The notes below the pieces were generated by a model. The model was not told where the DNA came from, searched no databases, and was given only the letters and a program-made list of their open reading frames with translations. From Faecalibaculum rodentium (GTDB taxonomy: Bacteria; Bacillota_I; Bacilli_A; Erysipelotrichales; Erysipelotrichaceae), in contig NZ_CP011391.1 of the NCBI RefSeq assembly GCF_001564455.1, positions 720,001 through 752,000 on the forward strand: 32,000 nucleotides of DNA, written 5' to 3'. This document shows positions 6,871 through 15,136 of this stretch, piece after piece. The translations under genes were made by a program, and so were the position numbers. Each line of letters starts with the position of its first letter. Positions within the stretch are counted from its first letter, which is position 1.

Positions 6871-7224
6871 ATGACTGGACTTGATGATATTTCCCGATTA
6901 TACCTGGTCACTGAACCTGTGGACTTTCGCAAAGGCATAGATGGACTGGGTACATATGTCCAGTCGATCCTGAACACTGATCCATTCCAGAATGCGATGT
7001 TCGTCTTCACCAACAAACGACACAACAAGCTCAAGCTCCTCCATTATGACGGTACAGGGTTCTGGCTCCTTCACAAGCAGCTGAGCAAAGGAACCTTCAA
7101 ATGGCGGATGAGTTCCCCGGATCCGTTTCTGCAGATCTCCCCACAGCAGCTGGACTGGCTTTTGGAAGGACTGGACATAAACCAGAAGCGGGCTTTCAGG
7201 CATGTGATGCCTCAATATATCTAG
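6871..7224 (+). CDS. tnpB: IS66 family accessory protein TnpB (Orf2)
   Basis: LVTEPVDFRKGIDGLGTYVQ...MFVFTNKRHNKLKLLHYDGTGFWLLHKQLSKGTFKW is the conserved IS66 Orf2 signature. Confidence 0.9.
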   Translation: MTGLDDISRLYLVTEPVDFRKGIDGLGTYVQSILNTDPFQNAMFVFTNKRHNKLKLLHYDGTGFWLLHKQLSKGTFKWRMSSPDPFLQISPQQLDWLLEGLDINQKRAFRHVMPQYI

Positions 7225-7348
7225 ACAGATCTCCTGATCCCTGACGGTTTTCAGTCATATCGAATGAACCATTTCTGGAACTGTGAGCATAATAATTATT
7301 TAAGGCATTTCAGTTTGCCCCTTTTCCTCTTTATCCTATACTTTTGCC

Positions 7349-9022
7349 ATGGACTTCTTATCTTCTTTTGACTTCGAAAACTACACCCGCAAATCCATGA
7401 AAGAAAGCCTCGAATCTCTGGATCATGATGACCTGGTCGATGCCGCTCTCTTCCTGGCCGACAACCTGTTCCTGAAAGACCAGATCAACAGGAAGGCGGC
7501 CATGGACCGCTTCGCTTCCAAAAGCGAGCAGCTTTTCATATCCCTGTTCAACGAGGCGGAAGAGATCGCATCCACGTCTTCTCCCGAAGACCTGGATGAA
7601 TCAGCTGTCCTGGAAACTGTGAGCAAAGAGAGACCGGCGTCCCCCAAAAAGCGCAGATCCATGAAGGAGAAAGCAAAGGCGCTTCCTGAAAAGATCATCG
7701 ATGTGTATCCGGATGCAGGCAAGGACCCGGTGTGCCCTGTATGTGGCACAGCCATGAAGGAGCTGAAACCGACTGTACACCGGACCATCAAATACGTTCC
7801 GCAGCGCCTCTATGTCGAAGTGGAAGTGGATCATAATTATGTCTGCCCCAAAGGTTGTGAAGATGAGGATGGAAAGCCTGTGATGATCCCGGCTGCCCGC
7901 AAAGAAGCACCGCTTCTGGAGAATACGATGTCTTCGCCTTCTCTTGTGTCCCACATCATAGCCCAGAAAACAGTCATGGGACTGCCTCTTTACAGACAGG
8001 AACAAGACTGGCAGCGAAGAGGATTCAACCTCAGCAGGAGTATCATGGCCAGCTGGATGATCCGTTCTTCCCAGATCTATGGAGAAGCTCTGGTGGACAG
8101 GATGATACAGGATTTCAGGGAATGTGATGTGGTCCATATGGATGAGACCGTACTGAAATGCCTGGAAGTGAGTCGGGATCAGGATCGGACGAACTGTTAC
8201 ATGATCGTCGGGGTCAGCGCAGAGCATGAAGCCAGACAGATGGTCATATATCAGTTCAAGAAGAGCAGGGCCCAGAAGTTCGTATGGGAATTCCTGGGAG
8301 AAGGATTCGAAAAGGCCCTGATGTCAGACGGATTCGAAGGCTACGATAATTACACAGCAGCCATCCATCTGAGTTGTATGGCCCATGCGAGGCGGCATCT
8401 GTATGATGCGGTGAAGATCCGTGCAGACTACCAGACATTCAAGAATCTGCCAGACGATACAGAAATGAAACTGAAACATATCAGGGAGAATCCGGCACTG
8501 GGGATCCTGTTGGAGCCACTTGGGAACATCAACAGGCTTTATGAGGTGGAGAGCAGAGCGAAAAAGAAGAAACTGAGTCGGGAAGAAGTATACGAACTGA
8601 GGCAGAAAGAGTCTAAACCGCTTTTTGACCAGGTGATCGCAGGAATGGAGCGGATCGCCCGGAGTTTTGATAGTGGTTCGAAAGCAGTAAAGGGAGCAAA
8701 CTACTTCCTGAAAAGGAAAGACTCGCTGGCCCTTTATCTGGAGGATGGGAACTATCCGATCGACAATAACCTGGCGGAGCGGATGGTGAAGCCGTTCGTG
8801 ATAGGCCGGAAGGGGTTCCTGTTTGCGGACACGGAAGCAGGAGCGGAAGCAACAGCAGTATGGTACAGTCTGAGCCAATCGGCAATCATGAATGGGCTGG
8901 TGCCTGAGAAGTACATCGAATATGTGCTGACAAGGCTGAAGAACGAAGGGATCAGAGAGGAAGTACTCGAAGACCTGCTTCCATACTCCAGGACACTTCC
9001 AGGACATCTGTATAAGAAATAG
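7349..9022 (+). CDS. tnpC: IS66 family transposase (TnpC)
   Basis: 557 aa with an N-terminal coiled-coil/leucine-zipper-like region and CPVCG...C zinc motif. Also VHMDETVLK, CMAHARRHLYDA and NNLAERMVKPFVIGRKGFLF, typical of IS66 DDE transposases. Confidence 0.9.
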   Translation: MDFLSSFDFENYTRKSMKESLESLDHDDLVDAALFLADNLFLKDQINRKAAMDRFASKSEQLFISLFNEAEEIASTSSPEDLDESAVLETVSKERPASPKKRRSMKEKAKALPEKIIDVYPDAGKDPVCPVCGTAMKELKPTVHRTIKYVPQRLYVEVEVDHNYVCPKGCEDEDGKPVMIPAARKEAPLLENTMSSPSLVSHIIAQKTVMGLPLYRQEQDWQRRGFNLSRSIMASWMIRSSQIYGEALVDRMIQDFRECDVVHMDETVLKCLEVSRDQDRTNCYMIVGVSAEHEARQMVIYQFKKSRAQKFVWEFLGEGFEKALMSDGFEGYDNYTAAIHLSCMAHARRHLYDAVKIRADYQTFKNLPDDTEMKLKHIRENPALGILLEPLGNINRLYEVESRAKKKKLSREEVYELRQKESKPLFDQVIAGMERIARSFDSGSKAVKGANYFLKRKDSLALYLEDGNYPIDNNLAERMVKPFVIGRKGFLFADTEAGAEATAVWYSLSQSAIMNGLVPEKYIEYVLTRLKNEGIREEVLEDLLPYSRTLPGHLYKK

Positions 9023-9110
9023 AAAACAGGACTGTCCCCAATACCATGATGGTACAGGGAATCAGTCCTGTTTTAATATGGGCAATTAACGTCGCTTACA
9101 GTATATGAAG

Positions 9111-9136
9111 AAAAGGTGGCAGAACTGCCACCTTTT
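9111..9136 (+). terminator. Orphan terminator hairpin of the GTGGCA...TGCCAC family directly after IS66
   Basis: aaaaggtggca-gaac-tgccacctttt. No gene precedes it in the present arrangement. Confidence 0.5.
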
Positions 9137-9158
9137 CCGGTAGAAAGGAAGATATAAA

Positions 9159-9482
9159 ATGAAAAATGATAGTAAATTAGGCACTTGTCCACTCTGTGGG
9201 GAGGATGTGATCAACAGTATGTACTCCTGGTACTGTGTTGAAAATGGCAGAAGCTGTGACTTCAAACTGCCACACAGTATACCTTATGGTTTTGGGGATA
9301 AACGGAAGCTGATCCAGCTTGAGGAAGACGAAGCGCGGATCTTAATTGGTGGAGGATCCATTGTGCGGGAATTGGTTTCGAAGAAAGGAAATACGTATCG
9401 CGCTCGATTAAAGCTGTCGATTCGAACTGATGCAGCTGGCCGCCATTGGAGCAATCTGAAATGGGATAGTTATGCTGATTAA
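9159..9482 (+). CDS. Stand-alone zinc-ribbon plus topoisomerase-IA C-terminal-repeat-like protein (107 aa)
   Basis: CPLCG...C...C zinc ribbon, then LEEDEARILIGGGSIVRELVSKKGNTYRARLKL, which resembles the Topo IA/III C-terminal repeat seen in conjugative-element topoisomerases. Confidence 0.6.
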   Translation: MKNDSKLGTCPLCGEDVINSMYSWYCVENGRSCDFKLPHSIPYGFGDKRKLIQLEEDEARILIGGGSIVRELVSKKGNTYRARLKLSIRTDAAGRHWSNLKWDSYAD

Positions 9483-9484
9483 GA

Positions 9485-10495
9485 TTATCGACTGATTCCC
9501 CTGTCAGTACTCAGTGGCCTGTATCCTAACTTTCTCATTTCGGCATTATTTGTGCTTTTAATTCTGCTGATAATTCTGTCTTGTTCATGAGGCGTTAGAT
9601 CTTTATATGCTAGTCGAACATAGGCTTTTAATAAGACCTGGTTATACCGGATTTTGATAGATTCAATCATAGCTTTCTTACGTATATCAGACATGAAAGG
9701 TGTGCTCTGAATCGTTGTATATATATTGGCTAGATTGATTCTGGGAAATATTTCCAGGATGGATTTTTCCAAATCGGGATTTGGAGAGGATAGTACTTCC
9801 TGGAATGAAAGACGTTGGCCATTTGTAGAATTGGCAAAGGGAGTAAAGACTTCTTTGCTCTTTCCAGTAAAATGCCTCGTATGGATTTCCTCGCGTAAAT
9901 CGTCATCACTCATCAACGGGAATAGGGATGATCCACAGTCGTATACTGGTGCAATGGTTTGTTGACCATTATCTTGAACAGCCACTCCCCAGTTTTCCAA
10001 ATGACGATCGTAATTAGCTATTAGGTAATCTACTACGAACATGTTCCAAAAATGCTTTACAGCAGCTTGCTCCAAGTCTGGATTTTCCAGTTCATGAATG
10101 ATTTCATATACCCGGTCAATTGTTATTCGTCTGGTCTTGTTGCTTGTGCTCCAAGGATCGCTTGAATGAATAAACTTCATTGGATACAGCTCGATTCCAT
10201 CATTTTTAAAGTCCCGACAAGCTACTGCGATAAATTCACGGTCGTTATATGTACTTTTGCCCAGGTATGTTTTTTGCACAGGTATACCTATAGACTCATA
10301 GATATGACATCCAACATATTCAGAAAATTGATTGTTTATGTAGGAGAGAGAAGAATTCTTCTCTCTGATGGGGTCGGGATATTTGAGCATGTAGACTGTA
10401 CCTTTGATTGTCAGCCTCCGTTTTCTCTCAGACCCACTATAATTGCTCCATTCGTTGGTTCCAGACGAGAAATCAAGGATACCCTCTTGATTCAT
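9485..10495 (-). CDS. HipA-like serine/threonine kinase (toxin-type, short form, 336 aa)
   Basis: YSGSERKRRL (SGxQxK-like loop), VVDYLIANYDRHLENWGV (DxHxxN catalytic loop) and APVYDCGSSL (Mg-binding D) match the HipA_C kinase core. Confidence 0.75.
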   Translation of the reverse strand: MNQEGILDFSSGTNEWSNYSGSERKRRLTIKGTVYMLKYPDPIREKNSSLSYINNQFSEYVGCHIYESIGIPVQKTYLGKSTYNDREFIAVACRDFKNDGIELYPMKFIHSSDPWSTSNKTRRITIDRVYEIIHELENPDLEQAAVKHFWNMFVVDYLIANYDRHLENWGVAVQDNGQQTIAPVYDCGSSLFPLMSDDDLREEIHTRHFTGKSKEVFTPFANSTNGQRLSFQEVLSSPNPDLEKSILEIFPRINLANIYTTIQSTPFMSDIRKKAMIESIKIRYNQVLLKAYVRLAYKDLTPHEQDRIISRIKSTNNAEMRKLGYRPLSTDRGISR

Positions 10496-10725
10496 GCGAG
10501 GAACCCCAGAAAGTACTCCAACATTTCATCTCTTTTTTTGGTTGTTATGATGCCATCACTGGCAATTACTTTGAGTGAAGTTCTTAAAGCCATCATGTCG
10601 TTTTGCAAATCGAATTTGTCAGAGATTGATCTGCTTTTCTGCCAGCGATCAGCGTCCTGATAGACCTTCTCCATGAACTCGCCTGCATACCAGTCATAGT
10701 CTGCGGGATTATATTTTCTTTCCAT
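10492..10725 (-). CDS. Hypothetical 77-aa protein translationally coupled to the HipA-like kinase (candidate antitoxin/partner)
   Basis: ATGA overlap with the kinase start (10492-10495). RBS aaggaga. No HTH recognisable. Confidence 0.6.
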   Translation of the reverse strand: MERKYNPADYDWYAGEFMEKVYQDADRWQKSRSISDKFDLQNDMMALRTSLKVIASDGIITTKKRDEMLEYFLGFLA

Positions 10726-10830
10726 ATTTTGTCTCCTTGAATTGTAGTCACTTCATTCCAGGTTCATGGCTCAGGATTTATCAAATTCTAGCCATACCGA
10801 AAGTACCTAAATCACAGCTGAGATTCAAGG

Positions 10831-10854
10831 TGCATATCTTCTTTAGATATTGCA
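10831..10854. promoter_or_regulatory. Imperfect inverted repeat in the hipA-like operon upstream region (candidate operator)
   Basis: tgcatatct-tcttt-agatattgca. Confidence 0.3.
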
Positions 10855-10907
10855 TCCTATGTTCCTCCTGACACTATGACTGTATCATATTTCACTATTT
10901 CTTAGGC

Positions 10908-11021
10908 TGTCCTTTTAGGGTGGTGTTTTTATTTCCGGACAAAACGAACGCCAATTAGCCGTGTTTTCAGCTGTAGTAGCTACCGAATCGCTGTCCTTTT
11001 AGGGTACACTCTAAACGGACT
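10908..11021. promoter_or_regulatory. res-like recombinase binding sites upstream of the small serine recombinase
   Basis: TGTCC...GGACA spans 34 bp (10908-10941) and TGTCC...GGACt spans 30 bp (10992-11021). Both start with the 15-nt direct repeat gctgtccttttagggt. The half-site resembles the TGTCYNNTA resolvase consensus. Confidence 0.45.
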
Positions 11022-11073
11022 TAGAAATGGGGAAGATTGGAGAAATACCAATCTCGGAGAATAGGAGATTATT

Positions 11074-11640
11074 ATGGCCAGAATAGGGTATATCCGTGTT
11101 TCTACTGTAGACCAGAATTTGGACCGTCAAATCGCGTTGATGGAATCGCTTGGGATCGAGAAGATTTTTCAGGATGAGTCCTCTGGCAAGAACATGGACC
11201 GTCCTGGGCTCTCTGCAATGCTGGCTTATATTCGGCCAGGGGATGAAATACACGTTGAATCCTTTTCCCGGTTGTCCAGATCCACGGCTGAACTCTTGCA
11301 GACTGTCAATGATCTCATGGATAGAGGAATCCATCTGATTAGTCACAAGGAAAACCTGGACACGACAACAGCCTCTGGACGACTCATGCTGACAGTATTT
11401 GCTGCCATAGCCCAATTTGAACGGGAAATCACCCTGGAACGTCAGAAAGAAGGAATTGCAGCAGCTAAAGCCAGAGGAGTTTATAAAGGACGGGCCAGGA
11501 AGCCTGATACTCCGGAACTGAAAATGGCCATAAAGGGGTGGGAATCTGGCGAAATATCAGCTGCGGATGCGATTCGCATCAGTGGATTAAGTAAATCTGC
11601 ATTTTATGAGCGTACGAAGGGGTATCTTCGTAAAAAATAA
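11074..11640 (+). CDS. Small serine recombinase (resolvase/invertase family) with C-terminal HTH
   Basis: MARIGYIRVSTVDQNLDRQ...GDEIHVESFSRLSRS...GRLMLTVFAAIAQFEREI...RQKEGIAAAKARGVYKGR is the canonical resolvase catalytic domain. RBS aggaga. Confidence 0.9.
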   Translation: MARIGYIRVSTVDQNLDRQIALMESLGIEKIFQDESSGKNMDRPGLSAMLAYIRPGDEIHVESFSRLSRSTAELLQTVNDLMDRGIHLISHKENLDTTTASGRLMLTVFAAIAQFEREITLERQKEGIAAAKARGVYKGRARKPDTPELKMAIKGWESGEISAADAIRISGLSKSAFYERTKGYLRKK

Positions 11641-11686
11641 CTCATTGGTCCTGTATCATCTTTCGTTAAATAGTTATCATCTTATT

Positions 11687-11708
11687 GCGGCAGAAATGCC
11701 GCTTTTTT
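11687..11708 (+). terminator. Rho-independent terminator
   Basis: gcggca-gaaa-tgccgc followed by tttttt. Confidence 0.65.
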
Positions 11709-12698
11709 ATTTGGAGGAGAATAATTTGAAAAGAATTACAGCTATCTATGTACGTGTTTCTTCGCGTGAGCAGGCGTTACAGGGTTACTCTCTGGATGCG
11801 CAAGAATTGAAGTGTCGTCAGTACGCAGATCTAATGGGATATGATACTGAAAATTTGGTTTTATACAAAGATGATGGGTTCTCAGCAAAATCACTGAATA
11901 GACCTCGAATGCAAGACCTGATCAAGGGAATCAAAGATGGAAAAATTGTCCGGGTCATAGTTTACAAACTGGATCGACTGACAAGAAGCGTTACGGATGT
12001 GTATCAGTTGATGCAGATGTTTATGGATTTTGATTGCGAGCTGAAAGCTATTGTTGATAGTCTGGATCTTACCTCAGCCAATGGTCGGATGTTGGTTGGG
12101 ATGTTGTCTATCATCGCCCAGTGGGAGAGAGAAGTGATTTCCGAAAGGACAAAGGATGGATTGGCAGAAAAGGTCAATCAGGGAAAATATCCTTACGGAG
12201 GCAGAGCGCCCTTTGGATGGGATAAGCAGAAAGATGGGAAACTCTGCATCAATGAAGAACAGGCATCCATCAAGAATGCAGCAGGCGACTGGATTCTTGA
12301 AGGGTACAGTTTGAGCAGGGTTTGCGAGTTGGTCCAGGAACACTATGGCTATAAACCGACATTCGACTCGTTGAAGCGTTACATGGAAGATGAAAAGAAT
12401 ATTGGGATTCTGGTTTATAACGGTGAGCGGAAAGTGGATTTTGTCCCTGCATTGATGGATGACAACAAGTTCCAGGAAGTCCAGTATTATCTGTCATTCC
12501 GCGCTCATCACGCACCGTTCAAAAGCAGATATATTTTCCATTCACTTGTTTATTGCACCAAGTGTGGTAGTCGCTTAGATCAGCGGTCCACGGTCAAAAA
12601 GCAAGGCGCAGAAAGAAAGAGGTATTTCTATTATTCTTGTCCCAATTGCTCGAAAAGGATCAGCCAGAAGATTCTGATCGAACAGACTTTTTTTCATT

Positions 12699-13008
12699 CA
12701 TGGACCTCGCATGCGAGGTCCACCCTTGGATCAGTGAAACTTAGATGGGGCCGTTCCGGCCCCTGTTATATTTATCTTGCCGGAGCTGGTGAGAGCACGA
12801 TACACATTTATTCCATGCGGACTTCTCACACAGTCTTCATGAGATTGTTTTTTTATAAGTCGCCGTTGATCTAAATAGTATCCCTGGGTAGAAATTCATC
12901 ACGAATATTCTGAACATTTTGTATAGGCTGTCGGTTTTTTCTCGACAAGTTCAATGGATGGATCAACTTCCACTCCGGCATTTTTTTGTTTGAGAGGAGT
13001 TTTCGACC
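12699..13008 (+). ncRNA. Non-coding left end of the IS110 element; candidate bridge (guide) RNA locus
   Basis: No plausible ORF. Hairpins at 12702-12721 and 12747-12763. Stem 12789-12794/12824-12829 encloses a loop. Segments 12810-12822 and 12837-12856 echo the IS-end and target sequences. Confidence 0.4.
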
Positions 13009-14430
13009 ATGGCTGTTCGTAACAGAAAACCGGTCTGTGTCGGTTTGGATGTCCATAGAAATAATGTCTGGGCCTGTGTGACCTTCAAAGATCCGGCCAA
13101 AGGGAAAGACGGGCTTGTGTTCGTCACCAAAAAATTTGACTCAAATCATACAGATCTTGCCTCAATGTGTGAATGGATCTATACAACTCTTCCGGATCTG
13201 GAAGACAGAGCGATAGATGTTTATATGGAATCGACCGGAAAGTATTCCACCCCTGTTTTTGATGTCTGTGAGGAAATGGGATTGAAACCCCATATCGTCA
13301 ACCCAAAGCATGTCCGGACCATAGCCGGACAAAAAACGGACCAGAAAGACTGTGCCTGGATCGCTGAACTTGGGGCCAACGGTCTGTTGAGAGAGTCATA
13401 TATCCCGGTCCGGGAGCTTCGGGAATCCAGAAGGCTCTCACGGTCCAGAACTAAACTGGTACAGGAAAGAGGGGATACGATCCGAAGGATCCGGAATATT
13501 CTGACAGAAGCGAATATCCGTATGGATCTTGTTTTTTCCGGGATCGAAGGAGAGTCGGCCCGAAGTGTGATCGAATACCTGCTCACGACAGAGGAACCGG
13601 ATTTGGAGGAAGTGAAAAAGCGGATACGGAAAAGCTGCCGGATCATGCGGTTCTCCACCCATAAAGAGCGCAAAGAAAAAGAAGAAGAACTTCGCAAAGC
13701 ATTCGCTGGTGCAAAGTTCTCCTCCGTCCAGAAATTCGAGCTTGAAAATGCGTATGAAAGAGTTGACCGACTCACTGCGCAAATCCAACGCTACGAACAA
13801 ATGATGACGGAAATTCTCGAACCATTCAAGTCCTATCTTGATTTGCTTGATTCCATCCCGGGAATCTCCGGGCTTTCGGCGATGCAGATACTAAGCGAAA
13901 CAGGAACAGACATGGGACAGTTCAAGAACGAGAAGCACTTCATAAGCTGGTGTGGACTGTGCCCTCAAAGCAATCAGAGCAACAACAAACATAAATCGGT
14001 CAAAATTGGAAAAGGCGGATATTATCTAAAGCCTGTGTTGATTCAATGTGCTCTGAACGCAGTGAAGCACCCATATTTCAAGGGGAAGTATGAGGCTATC
14101 GCAGCCCGACGCGGTAAAAAACGCGCATTGATTGCGATTGCGAGAAAGATGATGGTTCTTGCCTATCATATGTTCCAGACAGGTGAATATTTCCAAGAGA
14201 GAAAGAAACAGATCCCGGCGGTATTGGAAAAAGAACAGAGTGAGCGGGAACAGAGTATGGAGACATCAGCAGAGGCAACAGATGCTCCGGCAATTATCAG
14301 GACCGCAAAAGAGATCGTAGAGATGCTGCAGAATACAGATGATGAGATGAAACACAAGATAGAGCAGTTACTGGCCCAGATAGGAATTGCTCAATGTGAA
14401 TATCAAACTGGAGCGATATCAACGATTTAG
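13009..14430 (+). CDS. IS110 family transposase/recombinase (DEDD RuvC-like N-domain plus Tnp C-domain)
   Basis: N-terminal VCVGLDVHRNN...ESTGKYS...DQKDCAWIAE. C-terminal LLDSIPGISGLSAMQILSETGTDMGQFKNEKHFISWCGLCPQSNQS...KGG..LK is the IS116/IS110/IS902 signature. RBS gagaggag. Confidence 0.9.
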   Translation: MAVRNRKPVCVGLDVHRNNVWACVTFKDPAKGKDGLVFVTKKFDSNHTDLASMCEWIYTTLPDLEDRAIDVYMESTGKYSTPVFDVCEEMGLKPHIVNPKHVRTIAGQKTDQKDCAWIAELGANGLLRESYIPVRELRESRRLSRSRTKLVQERGDTIRRIRNILTEANIRMDLVFSGIEGESARSVIEYLLTTEEPDLEEVKKRIRKSCRIMRFSTHKERKEKEEELRKAFAGAKFSSVQKFELENAYERVDRLTAQIQRYEQMMTEILEPFKSYLDLLDSIPGISGLSAMQILSETGTDMGQFKNEKHFISWCGLCPQSNQSNNKHKSVKIGKGGYYLKPVLIQCALNAVKHPYFKGKYEAIAARRGKKRALIAIARKMMVLAYHMFQTGEYFQERKKQIPAVLEKEQSEREQSMETSAEATDAPAIIRTAKEIVEMLQNTDDEMKHKIEQLLAQIGIAQCEYQTGAISTI

Positions 14431-15103
14431 ACAATATGTAAGCATTCAGAAAATTTAAAAAACCTCCCGAGAGGAGGCCTTTTAATCGTGGCTTTCATTT
14501 TATGAGAGTTTCACATTTTGATGTAGCCAAGGCACTTGCCGACTGGCGACAGACTGAGCGGATGAAGAGAGTCGAAATCAGTCTGAACGCTATAAATAAA
14601 AAAATCCAAGATTTGGAGCAGGCGTATATGGATGATGAATTTGATGCAAAGTCATATATGAAAGCCAGACAGCCACTGGATAAGAATGTGGAGGATCTGG
14701 AGAAGCAGATAAGGATCTTTGATGTAAAAGACATAGATGCATTTTATGCTTTGGACTATAAAGACCAGTATTTGATTATGGATCTGGTAGTTTCCAAGGT
14801 CGAAGTTGATTTGGAAAAGAAGAGAGTCGTCACTCTTAAATTCAAAAGCAACGATTAGAGCTGCGTTACATAAGCAGCTTATTTGAATCACTGAGTAAAA
14901 ATGGATAAATTTGATGGGTTTATTTCGTTGTGAACCCGTTAATCGTGTATAATGAAGTCATCACAAAGAAATAAAAAAATCCCTCCATCTTTTGGCCGAG
15001 ATGAGGGAACCGATGATAGCAGAAGATGCTGCTTCATGTCTTTAGTATAACATCAAAACTCGAATTCTCAAGATGTTAATCTGAAAAAGTGATAGAAATT
15101 ATC

Positions 15104-15136
15104 GCTGGTAGCGCTTATTCGGCCTACCAGCTTTTT
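15104..15136 (+). terminator. Rho-independent terminator in the island right arm
   Basis: gctggtag-(12 nt)-ctaccagc followed by ttttt. Confidence 0.6.

Larger units (their letters stand above)
6798..9099 (+). mobile_element. IS66-family insertion sequence (tnpB plus tnpC, no tnpA)
   Basis: Terminal inverted repeats are gtaagcgacgttaattaccca (6798-6818) and tgggcaattaacgtcgcttac (9079-9099), matching 20 of 21. They begin with the GTAAGCG typical of IS66. Confidence 0.9.
12699..14499 (+). mobile_element. IS110-family insertion sequence (about 1.8 kb)
   Basis: Flanked by tttcatt on both sides (12692-12698 and 14493-14499). No terminal inverted repeats. Long 5' non-coding end (310 nt), short 3' end and one DEDD/IS110-type transposase. 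Confidence 0.85.
11726..14858 (+). pseudogene. Large serine recombinase split by an IS110-family insertion
   Basis: The N-terminal part (TTG 11726 after ggaggaga, through 12698) has the resolvase domain, recombinase domain and CxxC...CxxC zinc ribbon. The C-terminal coiled-coil part is 14500-14858. Removing 12699-14499 gives the continuous reading ...ISQKILIEQTFFHFMRVSHFDVAKAL... Confidence 0.85.

Noticed and set aside
6790-9107. I looked for an 8-bp IS66 target duplication using alternative end definitions.
   Set aside because: No shift of the boundaries by a few bases yields matching flanks. I therefore treated the absence as real (see the finding) and not as a mis-called end.
11606-12874. 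The 422-aa ORF taken at face value as an intact recombinase.
   Set aside because: Its first about 40 codons span the upstream terminator. Its last about 60 codons (HSWTSHARSTLGS...) are read-through into the IS110 left end. The true gene is split, and its C-terminus is at 14500-14858.
12871-13056. A minus-strand 61-aa ORF inside the IS110 left end.
   Set aside because: It has no RBS, overlaps the transposase start and lies in a region better explained as structured non-coding RNA.
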